Positions 12,890-26,826 of a stretch of DNA of 64,000 nucleotides are shown here, one piece after another. Source of the stretch: Octopus sinensis (lineage: Eukaryota); assembly GCF_006345805.1 (NCBI RefSeq), contig NC_043000.1, positions 76,694,001 to 76,758,000 of the forward strand, given 5' to 3'. The notes beneath the pieces were generated by a model that was not told the DNA's origin, did no database searches, and saw only the letters and a program-made list of their open reading frames with translations. Made by a program: the position numbers and the translations under genes. Positions within the stretch are counted from its first letter, which is position 1; each line of letters opens with the position of its first letter.

Positions 12890-15470
12890 ATTCCGGTTTT
12901 GGCTGATGGATGCTCGGTTCCCGCGTAGCGGGTCGTTCGAGGGCCTTTGCGCTCGCGCGCCTTGGCGCGCGCTGGGGGCTTGGTCGGCCCCATGGGCTTG
13001 CGTTGTATTGCTTGTTGTTGTGTGCGTGAGCGCGCTTCGTGTGTGTGGGCTTGCTTCGGGTGTGCGCGTGCGTATGTATACATACATACCCACCACTCGC
13101 ATGCATCCCTACCCACATACATACACGCACACCTACTCACACACACACATACACACACACACACATACCCGCACACACACACACATACATACATACACAC
13201 ACATACCTACTTCAGACATACACACACACATACACCATACACCCATACACTCACACTCACACGCATACACACACACATACACACGCACACGTACACATAC
13301 ACACACACACACCTACATACATACATTACACTTGTACACACACACACTTACATTCATACACACACACACCTACACAGCCATACCCTCACTCAGACACACA
13401 CACCTACACACACACAAACACACACAGACACACACCCATACATACATACATCTACACACACACGCCTACACAATACATACACACATACATAAACACACAC
13501 ACACACATACACACACATACGCACACACACATATACTTATACACATGCACACACAACACACACATACATACATACACCCATACACATACACACACACATA
13601 CCTGCATACTCCTATACGCACATACATACACACAGACATACACACATACACACTCACACAACATACACACACACATACTTACACACACACTCGCCTGCAC
13701 GCGCACACACATGCATGACAAACACCCATACACTCACACTCACATACGCACACACCAACATAAACACGCACACGCACACACACACCTACACTCCCACACA
13801 CATACATACGCACCTACATACACACACGCACGCATACACACGCACACACACGCATACACACATACATTACACACGTACACACACACCTACATACACATGC
13901 ATACACACACACACACAACATGCACGGACACACCCAGACATACATACATACACCTATACACACACGCCCACACACCTACATACACACACATACATACACA
14001 CACATACACGGACACACCCATACATACTTACATACATACACCTATACACACACGCCTACACACCTACATACACACACATGCATACACACACACATGTACG
14101 CACATACACACACATATACGCACATACATATATACCCACACACATGCACACACACACACATACGCATATGCATGCATGCATGCACACGCGCACACCTACA
14201 CGCATACATGCATGCATGCATACACACACACACACACGCACGTACACATACATACATACACACACACATACATACACCCATACACATACATGCATCCTAC
14301 ACACACATACATACACACTCACACATACATACACACACACACACTCACTCACACACCTGTATGTACGCGCACACACATGCACATACACACACTTCCACAC
14401 ACCCACACGTACACAAATACACACTCATACACATACACACACACACACACGGACATACATCTATGCACACACATATATACACACATACTTACATACATTC
14501 ATCGGACACACTGACACCCAGACATACACACAGACACACTCACACATCCACACACATACATACTTACACACACACTCGCAGGCGCGCGCACACACGCGCT
14601 TGCGCCGGTTCGCGCACGCATACGCGCATGCATGCACCTCGCTCTTGGACCCGACGAGACCTCCCGCTCGTTTCTGGGGCCGTCGCCTGTCGTTGGGTTC
14701 TCCCACGCCCGTCTCCGCGGGACCACTCTTCCATCTTCCCCTCAGCTGGAGTCCTTTTTCCTTATAAACCCCCCCTTTTTTTTGTTACACACACGCGCAC
14801 ACATACATACACCCACTCACACACACACATTGCTTAAATATATACATTACTCTTACACACACTTCAAATCTACTCGCCATTAATACAACCACGACACTGG
14901 ACACACACACACTACTACTCAACACACACGCTGGCACGTTACTTACGCCCCCACCCCTTCCCCTCCCTCCCTTCCTCCTTCCTTCATTTTCTTACTACTG
15001 ACCACTGTCTGCTGCCTACTACTGTTCGCCCTACCTCACACGCCTACACACAGACGCACACACTAACATATACATATATTTTTTGTTTTTTTATCTCGCC
15101 TCACACACACATACACACACGCACACGCACACACTCACACATACACACACATCTGTTGCGTTACCAACCCTGTCTCCACTCTTTTGGCTTTAAAAACCTA
15201 CTTTGCTCTTGTTATCGTAAACTTCCGCCTTTCACCATGTGTACTTCGTAAACACCAGTCGTTTTTTTTTTCTCCATCTCTTGTTGCCCACTTTGGGATC
15301 TTTCTTTCCTCTCTCTTCCTTCTTTATGTTTCCGACGAAGAGCTCCGCTCGAAACGTCATACCTTCCTGCTTCCATCTTTCCTGAGCGCCTATTAATAAT
15401 AATACTGTAATTGTTCCACGTGTTGTTGTATTTTCTGTTTTCCCGTTTGGATTACAATTATACATACATA
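12890..15470 (+). mobile_element. Probable PLE 3' region: GC-rich remnant, 1.5-kb degenerate (CA)n tract and hammerhead-like tail
   Basis: (TA)n on both sides. Cryptic CA repeat at about 13075-14580. Tail 15300-15465 is related to 56380-56562. Confidence 0.45.
15326..15362 (+). ncRNA. Minimal hammerhead-like motif
   Basis: GTTT-CCGACGA-a-GAGC-TCC-GCTC-GAAAC-GTC-ATAC. Stem III is reduced to the palindrome ACGT. Confidence 0.6.
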
Positions 15471-15538
<68 letters not shown>

Positions 15539-15698
15539 GATATATATATATATATCTATCATGCTTGAAAAAAGTATAATTTACAATTGAAATTATCTAA
15601 AAACGCTGTATATGGCACTATTTACACGCACATGCACGCACACATACACACACACACACATACACACACACACACACACACACGCGCGCACAAACACA

Positions 15699-15740
<42 letters not shown>

Positions 15741-16004
15741 GCTTGCTTGGTTGCCATCACTAGATAACAAGCAACCCGAAATTCGGAAGTCACCGTTAAG
15801 CTCTTTCTCAAAATTACTAATCATAATGTTTAATATTTTGTTTTTATATGTAACTTGACATGAAAGAAAACACTAATTTCCTTTCAAATAAGAGAGTCCC
15901 TGTTCAGTCCTACCACGTGGCACCTTGGGAATGTCTTCTACTTTAACCTCGGGCTGACCAAAGCTTTGTGAGTGGATTTGGTAGTCGGAAACTAAAAGAA
16001 ACCC

Positions 16005-16039
<35 letters not shown>

Positions 16040-16358
16040 CTACATTTGTGAGTGCCTTTGTTGTGTCTGTCCCCACGATGACTTGGCAACTGGTGTTGGT
16101 TTGGTTATGTTCCTGAAAACTAGCGGTTCGGTAAAAGGGAGCGCTAGAATAAGTACTGAGATAGATTTGTTCGTCTGAACCCTTCAAAGCAGTGCCCCAG
16201 TATGAATACAGTCCAATGACTGAAACGAGAAAAAATAAAAAATAAAAGAAGATACATATATGTATGTGTGTGTATATGTTTGTGTGTGTGTTAAATAAAA
16301 TGAGACAACAAAACCAACGCTGTGTGGAATTTTCAGGGCATTTATAAAGAGAAAATTA

Positions 16359-16406
16359 GTCTCATAGCTGTTTCTGGGATATTAGGGATATCCCGTCAAC
16401 AGAGAC
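16359..16406 (-). ncRNA. Degenerate hammerhead, same family as 104-155 and 4061-4112
   Basis: Minus strand: GTCT-CTGTTGA-c-GGGATAT..ATATCCC-a-GAAAC-AGCT-ATG-AGAC. Confidence 0.5.
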
Positions 16407-16494
16407 GATATGAGATGATTAAATAGCGGGAAATATTAGCGTTCAATATGAGGAGTTATTTTGGAAAAGGAAGCAAACAAGGAGTATATAGGGA

Positions 16495-17518
16495 AATAGA
16501 GAATGATTCTGTAAACTACGAAACAAATGGCAGTCCGAAGGAGTAAAGTCGGGAGAATAAGGTGGATGAAGAATTTTTTCCCAACCAAGATCTTCGATCT
16601 TCTGTGATGTGATCGTTGCAGTGTGGGGTCGAGCATTGTCCTGATGAAACATCACTCCTTTTCGATTCTCTAAAGCGGGTCTTTTTTTCTTCAAAGCTTG
16701 GTTCAAACGACTCTAATTGCTGACAGTAGACTTGAGCATTGATCGTTGCATTCATTAGGTGGTAACAATTCAAAGTGAATTGCTCCTTTGCAACCCCACC
16801 AGATAGAAAGAAGAACATTTTTTCCACGAAGTTCCTTTCACGGTTGTGGTTGAGCTTTTCCCTTTTACCAAGCCACTGTTTACGGGTTTAACATTTCGAT
16901 AGAAGATCTATTTTGCTTCACCAGTCACAAGTCTATTCAAAAAGGATGAAATGAGTTCGCGAGAGTGGAGAGAAGAGCAGATGTCAACTCGGGGTTTGCA
17001 GTTGCTTTCGGACAATTCATGAGGCACCCATTTTCCAATTTTAGGAACCTTTCCAAGTTGTTGAAGATGACGATGAACAGTTGTATGGTTTGAACTAAGC
17101 TTTATTGCCACTGATAATGCAGTATTTTCTTCAAGCAGTGCCTCAAGGAGCTTATCAAATTCAACTGGACGTCCTGTTTGATCTTCATCTTCAAGGCTGA
17201 AATCTCCACTTCTGAATTTTACAAACGATCTTCTGCAAGTTCTGTCATTCTTTCCCATAAACTGAGTGTATGTTTCGAGTCGCTTCGGCTGCAGAGTTTC
17301 CTTTTTTGTACTCATAAAGCATTATGTGTCTTAAATGCTCTTTGGATACTTTCATGTTAGAAAGGGTTTTAATCAAAGAAGTTTTAATTCTATTATTCTA
17401 TAAAATAATAATTAATTTAAATGTACACAAATTTTTAATTCCATTAGATATTCTAAAATACTATTAAATTTCATTTAATTTGAATAAAGGTAAAATCGGA
17501 CAGAACTTATGGGATGAC

Positions 17519-17521
<3 letters not shown>
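16495..17521 (-). mobile_element. Decayed mariner (DD34D-type) transposon, 3' end missing
   Basis: FRSGDFSLED..GRP, GKWVPHEL, LVTGE, FHQDNARPH and HPPYSPDFTPSDCHLFRSLQN motifs. One end reads TA|TCAGGTCATCCCATAAGTTCTGTCCG at about 17521. Confidence 0.92.
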
Positions 17522-17603
<82 letters not shown>

Positions 17604-17606
<3 letters not shown>

Positions 17607-17900
17607 ATAATAAATATTAGGGAATAAATCCAAATTTACAGGGAAAAATCAGATTTAGGATTGAATCCAATTTTATAGTAAAATATTATATAATATTAAT
17701 TAGAGACAAAACCACTATTTTGTAAATCAAACAAGGAAAGACATAATCAATACATAAAAAAATTTTAATATAAAGTAAATAAATATTTATTTATTTATTT
17801 ATTTATTTACTTTATATTAAAATTTTTTTATGTATTGATTAAGTCTTTCCTTGTTTGATTTACAAAATAGTGGTTTTGTCTCTAATTAATATTATATATA
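17604..17900. repeat. Fold-back element in (TA)n (arms about 17687-17785 and 17800-17900)
   Basis: Near-perfect reverse-complement arms. Homologous to 5107-5310. Confidence 0.8.
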
Positions 17901-17902
17901 TA

Positions 17903-19080
17903 CTAGCTGAAGGTGACCCGCTCTACGCGCGGGTAAGAGTGTGGGTGTTACTTTCTGTTGCTTCCTTTCAGCACGTAAAAAGCACCATCCGAACGTGGCC
18001 GATTGCAGCACCGCCTTGACTTGCTTCTGTGCTGGTGGCACGTAAAAAGCACCAACCGATCGTTGCCACTGCGAGCCCCCCTGGCACCAGTGCCGGCGGC
18101 ACGAAAAACGCACTCACTACACTCACAGTGTGGTTGGCGTTAGGAAGGTCATCCACCTGTAGAAACACTGCCAGATCAGACTGGAGCCTGGTGCAGCCTC
18201 CTGGCTTCCGAGACCCCGGTCACACTGCCCAACCCGTGCTAGCACGGAAAACGGACGTTAGACGATGATGATGATGAATCTCCGTATTTGTTTCTCTCTC
18301 CTTTCTCTCTCACTTTCCCACTCTCTTACTTTTCTTTTCTCTCTGACTCTCCCTCGCTTTCTCTTACTCTCTATCTTTATCTATCTCTCTCCCATTTATA
18401 AACAACAGAAGATGTTGAGTATGTTGAGAAATAAAATATTTAGAAAGATCAATCAGAAATATGAGGCAGTGGCAATGGAAAGGTCTGCTTCAAGGCAGAC
18501 AGCAAAACGCTAACATTCAAAAGGGACAGACGAACTTGCGAGCTGAATAAAAATAATAAAATATTGGAAACCAAAGTTTGAAGGGATAGAATCTGAGGAT
18601 AGTAAAGTCACCATGGCTGGCATTTGTTAACGACGGACAGCAACGTAGTGACAGTTTAACGGCTGGCGTAAAATTTTGAACTTGATGTAAAAGAAAATTC
18701 GTAAACACCAAGTTTTGAAGTGATTCTTTCTCACGACAGTAGACTCACCAATGCAAGCATTCAAAACTTCTTTATCATGGACGGCAACACATTGACGATT
18801 AAAAGGCTGGCGCAAATTTTTTAGCTTGATGCAACAGAGAATTCCTAAACACCCGCTCTTTGAAATTTTAATCCCCTTCCAGCCCCATTTAGACCCCTTT
18901 TCACATTTTGGTTAATATAACCCGATTTCATTCGGGTGTACTGGGGCCACATTTTATAAGATGAGGAATTTTGTCCTAGAGGTGACGCCTTTCATTTGAG
19001 GAACAAAATAGTTGTGATGCAAACTTGTCAGCACCTTTAACATAGGTGGCATATTTTCAGGTGAATCGACCGACTACGTA
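17903..19080 (-). mobile_element. Non-autonomous Helitron-like element (3' end defined, 5' end uncertain)
   Basis: Minus strand: hairpin CCCGC-gcgtaga-GCGGG, then CTAG|T at 17903. Internal direct repeat at about 18635-18710 and 18780-18853. Confidence 0.5.
17968..18277 (+). mobile_element. Retroposon 3' fragment with (GAT)n tail
   Basis: Internal GCACGTAAAAAGCAC repeats. Ends GGACGTTAGACGATGATGATGATGA. Confidence 0.55.
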
Positions 19081-19109
19081 ATGCACACATATATATATGT
19101 GTATATATA

Positions 19110-19153
<44 letters not shown>

Positions 19154-19294
19154 ACGCATTATATATACAAATGTATACAAATGAGATATATATCTGTATA
19201 AATTAAATTAGAGATAAAACCACTAATAGGCAAATCAAACAGTGAAAAACCAAAAACAAAAACATAAAAAAGAAAATATAACATAGAAAATATA

Positions 19295-20309
19295 TCTATA
19301 TATATAAAACTGTAGTTGTGTGAGTGTCTGTCCCCTTCGATTTAGATTCCTAACTACTCCCAAATTTTGCGGTGCAGTTTAACCAAATTCGGGTATGTTA
19401 TAGTCGTGATTCATATCGAGCCCGTCTGGGTATTAGCGCGCGTCTACGATGAGTGTACGATTTAAAAAATAATTTAACATCATTTTTTATTCCATTTTAA
19501 TGCATATTTTTTCGTGTGTCGATGGCGGCGGAGTTGGCGTCCACGCTCACGCCTGCACCTGTGTTGCTTCTCCCCCTTCTTCCCTCCCTCGTGAAGCTGT
19601 GGGGAAGGGAGTGTAAGGAAATCAACGTCGTAATGCGTTGTGAAGGAGACCAGCGTTCTTTTAGAACAACGACTTCATGGCTTGAAGTCGCCAAAACAGA
19701 AATCGCTAAAAAAGCTGAAACAGATCCACAAAAACGGCAAAAACCGCCACACAGGGCAGGTTTCCTGTGCAAACAATTTGCACAACCGAATGTTTTAGTT
19801 GTTGCACAAATCTTTATATATAAAAGTAAGGTTGTGTGTCTGTCTGCTACGATTTAGATTCCTAACTACTCCCACATTTTGCGGTGCAGTGTAACCAAAA
19901 CCGGGTATCTTATAGTCGTGATTCATATCGATCCCTTCTGGGTATTAGCGCGCGTCTACGATGAGTCTACGATTTAAAAAAAAATTTACCATCATTTTTT
20001 ATTCCATTTTAATGCATTTTTCGCTATTATATAAGGGAAGTAACTCTCTAAAAATGTCTACGATGAGTCAACGATTAAAAAAAAATTTCCATCATTTTTT
20101 ATTCCATTTTAATGCATTTTCGCTATTATATAAGGGAAGTAACTCTCTAAAAATGTCTACGATGAGTCAACGATTAAAAAAGAAATTACTATCATTTTTT
20201 TATTCCATCTTTAATGCATTTTTTGCTATTTTTTTTGCTATAACTCACTAAAAATGCTTATATAGTTATTTCCCTTACAAACCCGAGCAACGCCGGGCGA
20301 TACTGCTAG
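19295..20309 (+). mobile_element. Non-autonomous Helitron
   Basis: A|TC 5' end, and a 3' hairpin CCCG-agcaacgc-CGGG followed by CTAG|T. A second 5'-end copy lies at 19811, with about 100-bp tandem repeats at 19955-20230. Confidence 0.75.
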
Positions 20310-20469
20310 TAAAATATAAAATTGAAAACTTTAAATTATTTAAATTGAAAATAAAAATTATGAAATTATATTTATAATTTGTTTAAAAATATATATAACT
20401 ATGAAAAAGTATGAAAAAGTTTAATATACATAAATACAGATATATACACTTTATATATATATACATTTT

Positions 20470-20705
20470 ATATATAACATATTTATATATAATATATAGA
20501 ACACACACACACACACACACACATACATTATATATACATATTTATATATAGAACACACACACACACATACATTATATATACATATTTATATATAGAACAC
20601 ACACACACCATACATTATATATACATATTTATATAGAACACACACACACACACACATACATTATATATACATATATATATATATAGAACACACACACACA
20701 CATAT
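20470..20705. repeat. Minisatellite of compound microsatellite units
   Basis: About 5 copies of TATATAGAA(CA)nTACATTATATATACATATT. Confidence 0.8.
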
Positions 20706-21228
20706 AAATGAACGCAAGAATATTTGATTCATAATATTTGTTCTCATGCTCGTGTGTTGATTGTTGGTGACAGACATACACTTAAAAGAACGCCGCCGAA
20801 GTGATAGGAAGGTAGGAAACAGAGTCAGTGAAAAAGAAAGGAAATAGCGATAGTGACAGATACTTTAAATAACCGTAGTGGACTTCTGAAAGTTATGAAG
20901 AGGAGTAAGAGAGGGAAAGGAGGAAATAGGGTGAGGTAGGAAGATGGCCCCTAGCAACCACACCTTTTAAGATAGGGATTTCTAAGGTAGCCCACGCGCA
21001 TCGTCACCTCATTCTACATGTCCCTGTAAATTTTGGAGCGAATCGGACGGGATGTAGTGGCATTGAAAGCGAACCAAGCGGTAAAAACGCATTTCAGTTT
21101 TATATATATAATATATATATATATATTTATCAATATAGGGTGGCAAGGAAAATTTTGTAGAATTTTATTGCCACCAGCGGCCCAGCGGGAAAAAAATTAA
21201 ATAGTCATAGACCATTTTTAAGTTCAAC

Positions 21229-21448
21229 ATTAACAATTAAGGAACGGCCATAATAGGCCATTCACCCACTAGAAATAACAGCCAAAGCTTCTACCGCAAA
21301 TAAAGATCAATTCCGTAAACAGGAGAAAATTACAGGGTAAATGTTTTTTTAATTTTCTCCTGTTTACGGAATTGATCTTTATTTGCGGTAGAAGCTTTGG
21401 CTGTTATTTCTAGTGGGTGAATGGCCTATTATGGCCGTTCCTTAATTG

Positions 21449-21453
<5 letters not shown>
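21229..21453. repeat. Perfect about 100-bp-arm inverted repeat within a (TA)n-flanked insert (21130-21453)
   Basis: ATTAACAATTAAGGAACGGCC..GGAGAAAATT pairs with AATTTTCTCC..GGCCGTTCCTTAATTGTTAAT. Spacer about 20 bp. Confidence 0.9.
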
Positions 21454-21493
<40 letters not shown>

Positions 21494-22265
21494 AATTATA
21501 TGAGAGGGACATGGCTTAAATGGTTTTGATCAATCGAGGTCAATTGGAGATTAAACAATAGCAGCAGCAGCAGCAGCAGCAGAACCACCACCACCACCAC
21601 CACCACCACCACCACCACCACCATTACCAACAACACCAACAACAACATCAATAAATGAACCTTTAAATTTGAAAATGATTTATACAAGTTAGATGATGTT
21701 TATGGATCAAACTGAAACAGGAATTACAATAAAACGTACCCTTTGATTCGTAATTCATCGCCATTTTAGTTCAGCTGGTGTTGCTTAGCTTGGGTTGTAG
21801 AGCCGTGAGGTGGTATTGCTGTGTAGTTTAGCCTGTAGTTTACTACATTACACTGTAATTCAGTGACATATAACATGTTGTGGTTTGGTTTAGTGGGACA
21901 TTTTGTTAGTGAAACACGTGGTGTAGCGTGGTGTAGACGGTGTAGTGTGCTATGCTGTGATACAGACAGCAATATCCCAGCCATTATTGTAAACAATTTC
22001 GCAATTTATAAAATGATGTTCACGCTCCAGTTGCTTTGGTTGCTAAACTGTAGGTATACATTGATGGCATTCAATAAATATTCACAAGGAGACAGAAGTA
22101 AATGGAGGAAATGAAAGAGAGACGAGAGGATGCTTCGATTTTTTTCGTCTTTTTATTTATATTTATATTCGTGTTTTCATTTGCGTAGTGTGAATAAAGA
22201 AATTATACGCTTTATGTTGAATAGCACTGGACACACACATAATGTGTGCATGTGGGTGTGTGTGT

Positions 22266-22298
<33 letters not shown>

Positions 22299-22898
22299 CA
22301 TATGTATATAGGTGTTATATATATGTGTAAGAGTGTATATATGTATGCATCCATATATGTATGTATGCATGTACGCACACACGCACACGCGCACACACAC
22401 ACGCACACACACACGCGCACACACACACACACACGAACATATAGACATCAGCAAAACAGATATTTCCAACTGATATACTCGTCCAACTTACCTAAGCATA
22501 GTTTACATTCTTATCATTCTATTATTACTGTTTTGATTTATGTCTTTTTGAATATTTATGTATTTGCATTATGTTATTGGTGAAACTTTTGTGCAGAAAA
22601 TGTGACAATGTGTGTGTGTGTGTATGTGTGTTTGTGTGTGTGGGCATAGAGATAAATTCATATGCGCATATATAAATACATCTATCTATCTATCTATCTG
22701 TACACATACATGTACTTATTTACATACATAATATATATGATAAACACATACTTATACACACACACACACACACACACACCACACATATATATATTGATAA
22801 AAATGGTAAAACAGCCAAAGAAAGAAAAAGACCTCGATATTATGTAAATAGAGGAATTTATCTGTAAATGTAATATGTGACAATTATTCGGGAGCCAT

Positions 22899-22959
22899 AA
22901 TAAAACTCCGAGTTTCGGATGCCGAGGTGGAAATCCACGCCGCTATATCTTCAGTTATC
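22899..22959 (-). ncRNA. Type I hammerhead (left arm)
   Basis: Minus strand: GATAA-CTGAAGA-tatagc..gcatcc-GAAAC-TCGGA-GTT-TTATT. Confidence 0.65.
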
Positions 22960-22990
22960 AGGCCATCGGATAGCATTTTCTCGGTGGCCG

Positions 22991-23051
22991 GATAACTGAA
23001 GAGATAGCGGCGTGGATTTCCACCTCGGCATCCGAAACTCGGAGTTTTATC
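22991..23051 (+). ncRNA. Type I hammerhead (right arm)
   Basis: GATAA-CTGAAGA-GATaGC..GTGGA-tt-TCCAC..GCATCc-GAAAC-TCGGA-GTT-TTATC. Stem I is GATAA/TTATC. Confidence 0.75.
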
Positions 23052-23087
23052 ATGGTTCTCGAATAATTGTCATATATAATACACAAA

Positions 23088-23118
<31 letters not shown>

Positions 23119-23142
23119 CACACCACACACACACACACACAC

Positions 23143-23188
<46 letters not shown>

Positions 23189-23194
23189 ATGTAT

Positions 23195-24160
<966 letters not shown>

Positions 24161-24251
24161 TGAAAATATGTTGTCTATGGGCTTTATTACGCATGCTAGC
24201 CACCGGTATGAAAATTTTTCTTAGTTTTATATCCTTATTATTTCCATAGTA

Positions 24252-24360
<109 letters not shown>

Positions 24361-24770
24361 GTCTGTCTGTTTGTCTGTATGTCTGCTTAAACATCACATA
24401 GCTAATGTATGTGTCTCTGCTTCCGAAATGAAACTGAATCGCTGAATATGGTGTAGGAATTCCATTTGCTGAAGTGAAACAGCGCTGCACAAGTAGAATA
24501 AAATACAAATTTGGCGTTAGTAGCAGCTCAATAATGTAAACGTTAACAACATCACATACTGAATAAGTGTAAGTTGTTTAACGTTGTAACTGTGATGCAA
24601 CGTCTGGGAGAGATGCCTTTAAAGACGTATTGTCTTAAAATATACAGTATTCTTGAAAGTTAGTCGAAACGAAACGACATCGGAAGTGAACGAGAACGAC
24701 AGATATCGATATTTCGCAGTTTTTCTGTACATTGGTAATGCATATACACAGTGTTTGTGTGTGTGTGTGG

Positions 24771-24801
<31 letters not shown>

Positions 24802-24841
24802 TGTGTGTGTGTGTGTTTGTGTGTTTGTGTGTGTGTATATT

Positions 24842-25030
24842 TATGAGGGAATGCTGAAAAATTCCTGGTTTGGGGTAAAAGAAAACACAGGAGGATCATT
24901 CAATTATGATCTTATACAACATATTCCCCTCTCAGATTCACACATTTATTGCAGTGTTCTTTCAGTTTTTCTAAGCCCCGTAAAACAACTTGGAAGGTTA
25001 AGCCTCCAAGCAGGCCTTTCGCGATATCCA
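24842..25030. mobile_element. Mariner-like terminal remnant
   Basis: TA|TGAGGGAATGCTGAAAAATTCC resembles (C)GAGGG..TGAAAAGT mariner-type TIRs. No partner TIR was found. Confidence 0.4.
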
Positions 25031-25550
25031 TAGAGCAACTCACTTGTGTAGTTGACTTCATCAACAGGAAATATCATGTTGGGCCGCAGTTTATTTAGAT
25101 TGGTCATTCAACCCATTTCATACATTAATGGGCTTTAAGCAACAATAAAAAATATATGGCTGAATGGTAAATGTATAAGCGCTACAAGCATTGTAAGTTG
25201 TGTACATATATTACTAAAATTTGCTGTCATCTGTCACTCTTGTAGAAGAGTTTGGGCATCTACTGGCACTTAGAAATTATTTCGCTTTATCAATATCCTT
25301 TAAAGTTTAACATTGGGATATAATGGTGATTGGTATAGAATTTAGAAATATAGTAGACGCTGCAGGACTGTGAAATGACTTCTAAATGACTGAAACTTAT
25401 TTAACATAGTCTCAAATTTCAGATATACTTTGGAAGTGTTGCGCTATTTTCCAGGTAGTGGAGTATAACAATTACAACGTGATAGTCATAGCAACCATTA
25501 TAACATGCCTGCGTTGTTGGATTTACAGTGTATGCATTTTATGATGATGA

Positions 25551-25581
<31 letters not shown>

Positions 25582-25619
25582 TGTTGTAGTAGCAGCAGCA
25601 GTGATAATGATGCAGTACC

Positions 25620-26000
25620 AGGCAGTGGCACTCAGGGTTTTTGATCTGAACTAATTGAAAGTGTTATCATGTACATGTTTTGTCTTGGTATAAAAGATGG
25701 GCTACAGCAAATATTCTGCTCAATACCACAGATTGACCTTAACCTCGTGAGTATGTCCCTTAGTGGTTGACGATATGTGCCTCTCTGATCACGAGCAGAA
25801 GTAGTGGAGGAACATGATAGCCATATGTTGAGAATTCTTCGTCAGGGTTTCAATAATTGACCTCTGGAAGCATGGGTGTATCGTTCAACATCCTTAAACA
25901 AACTTTATTCAGGGACCTTTTGAGCGGGATGAGTTACTCGACCTCGAGAAAATTCTAACAGGGTTCCACCTGCAAGTCATGCGCTGTTTATCTGCAAACA
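25620..26000. repeat. Dispersed repeat shared with 62835-63020
   Basis: Shared AATAATT.ACCTCTGGAA..TTCAACATCCTTAA..TTATTCAGGGACCTTTTGAGC.GGATG.GTTACTCGACC..CCACCTGCAAG. Confidence 0.7.
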
Positions 26001-26640
26001 ACTTGCAGATGCAAGTGTTATCAATTGAAAGCGTCGCATGCTGGACTCTAGCAGGCTTAAGGGATCATCAATAGAGAATGTACGCCGTTTGGGAACCTTC
26101 CTCTCGACGGCATTATTGTGTGCTGTCTCCCGCTACTGAGTTGAGGTCCCGCTTGCTAGATCAGCTGCTTTCTAGATTTCACTTAATATTCTTCTAATCA
26201 TTACACATCGTCTCTTTAAACAAAGTCTAGTGGTTTGCCTTCTCCACTGTAATCTGGATATCACTCATAATGATATTTGCTTTACGATGAGTTAGGCCTA
26301 GCGACGACAACCATTGCCCCACACTGTGTGTAATGAATCCTCTACATCCAACTTCAATTGGATAATGCTCTGCTTTCCTGTCTGCATCTTCAAAGTCCTT
26401 GAGGAGGTGTTTTTAACTGTCGATCTTTTGAGTCCGAACGGCGTCCATGTTATCTTCATGAGGAACCATATAATATTTCTGTATCCTTTCACATTCTTAG
26501 AATCATCACTGACTATACCTTCCCTACTTTATAAATTTTGACGATTAACTTCCGATATTTACGTAACTAAATTCTACGAGAGTTTGTTGACGGCTCTAGT
26601 TTTCATCCATTTATGACTACTACTACTACTACTACTACTA

Positions 26641-26671
<31 letters not shown>

Positions 26672-26672
26672 T

Positions 26673-26717
<45 letters not shown>

Positions 26718-26769
26718 ACTACTACTACTACTACTACTACTACTATAATGCATGTTTTTTCATTTTCAG

Positions 26770-26826
26770 AGGTTGTTAAGAGCGAAGGAGCATTTTGACG
26801 ACAAAGAGCAAACGGGGGACAACAGC
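26770..26826 (+). CDS. Candidate host exon (57 nt; RLLRAKEHFDDKEQTGDNS)
   Basis: Acceptor tttttcattttcAG, donor GTGAGT, open frame, phase 0-0. No homology recognised. Confidence 0.4.

Larger units (their letters stand above)
22873..23076. repeat. Palindrome made of two head-to-head hammerhead-bearing copies
   Basis: Arms about 22873-22968 and 22982-23076. Confidence 0.9.

Noticed and set aside
12713-14837. Long His/Thr/Tyr-rich or Val/Cys-rich ORFs (up to 491 aa)
   Set aside because: These are translations of degenerate (CA)n/(TG)n, open in several frames. The same applies to the many YI, HT and LSIY repeat ORFs across the window.
16635-16655. CTGATGAAAC core-like string
   Set aside because: It is the antisense of the mariner FHQD codons and has no stems.
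19955-20230. Regular repeats resembling a CRISPR array
   Set aside because: About 100-bp tandem units with no unique spacers, no cas genes and a eukaryotic Helitron context.
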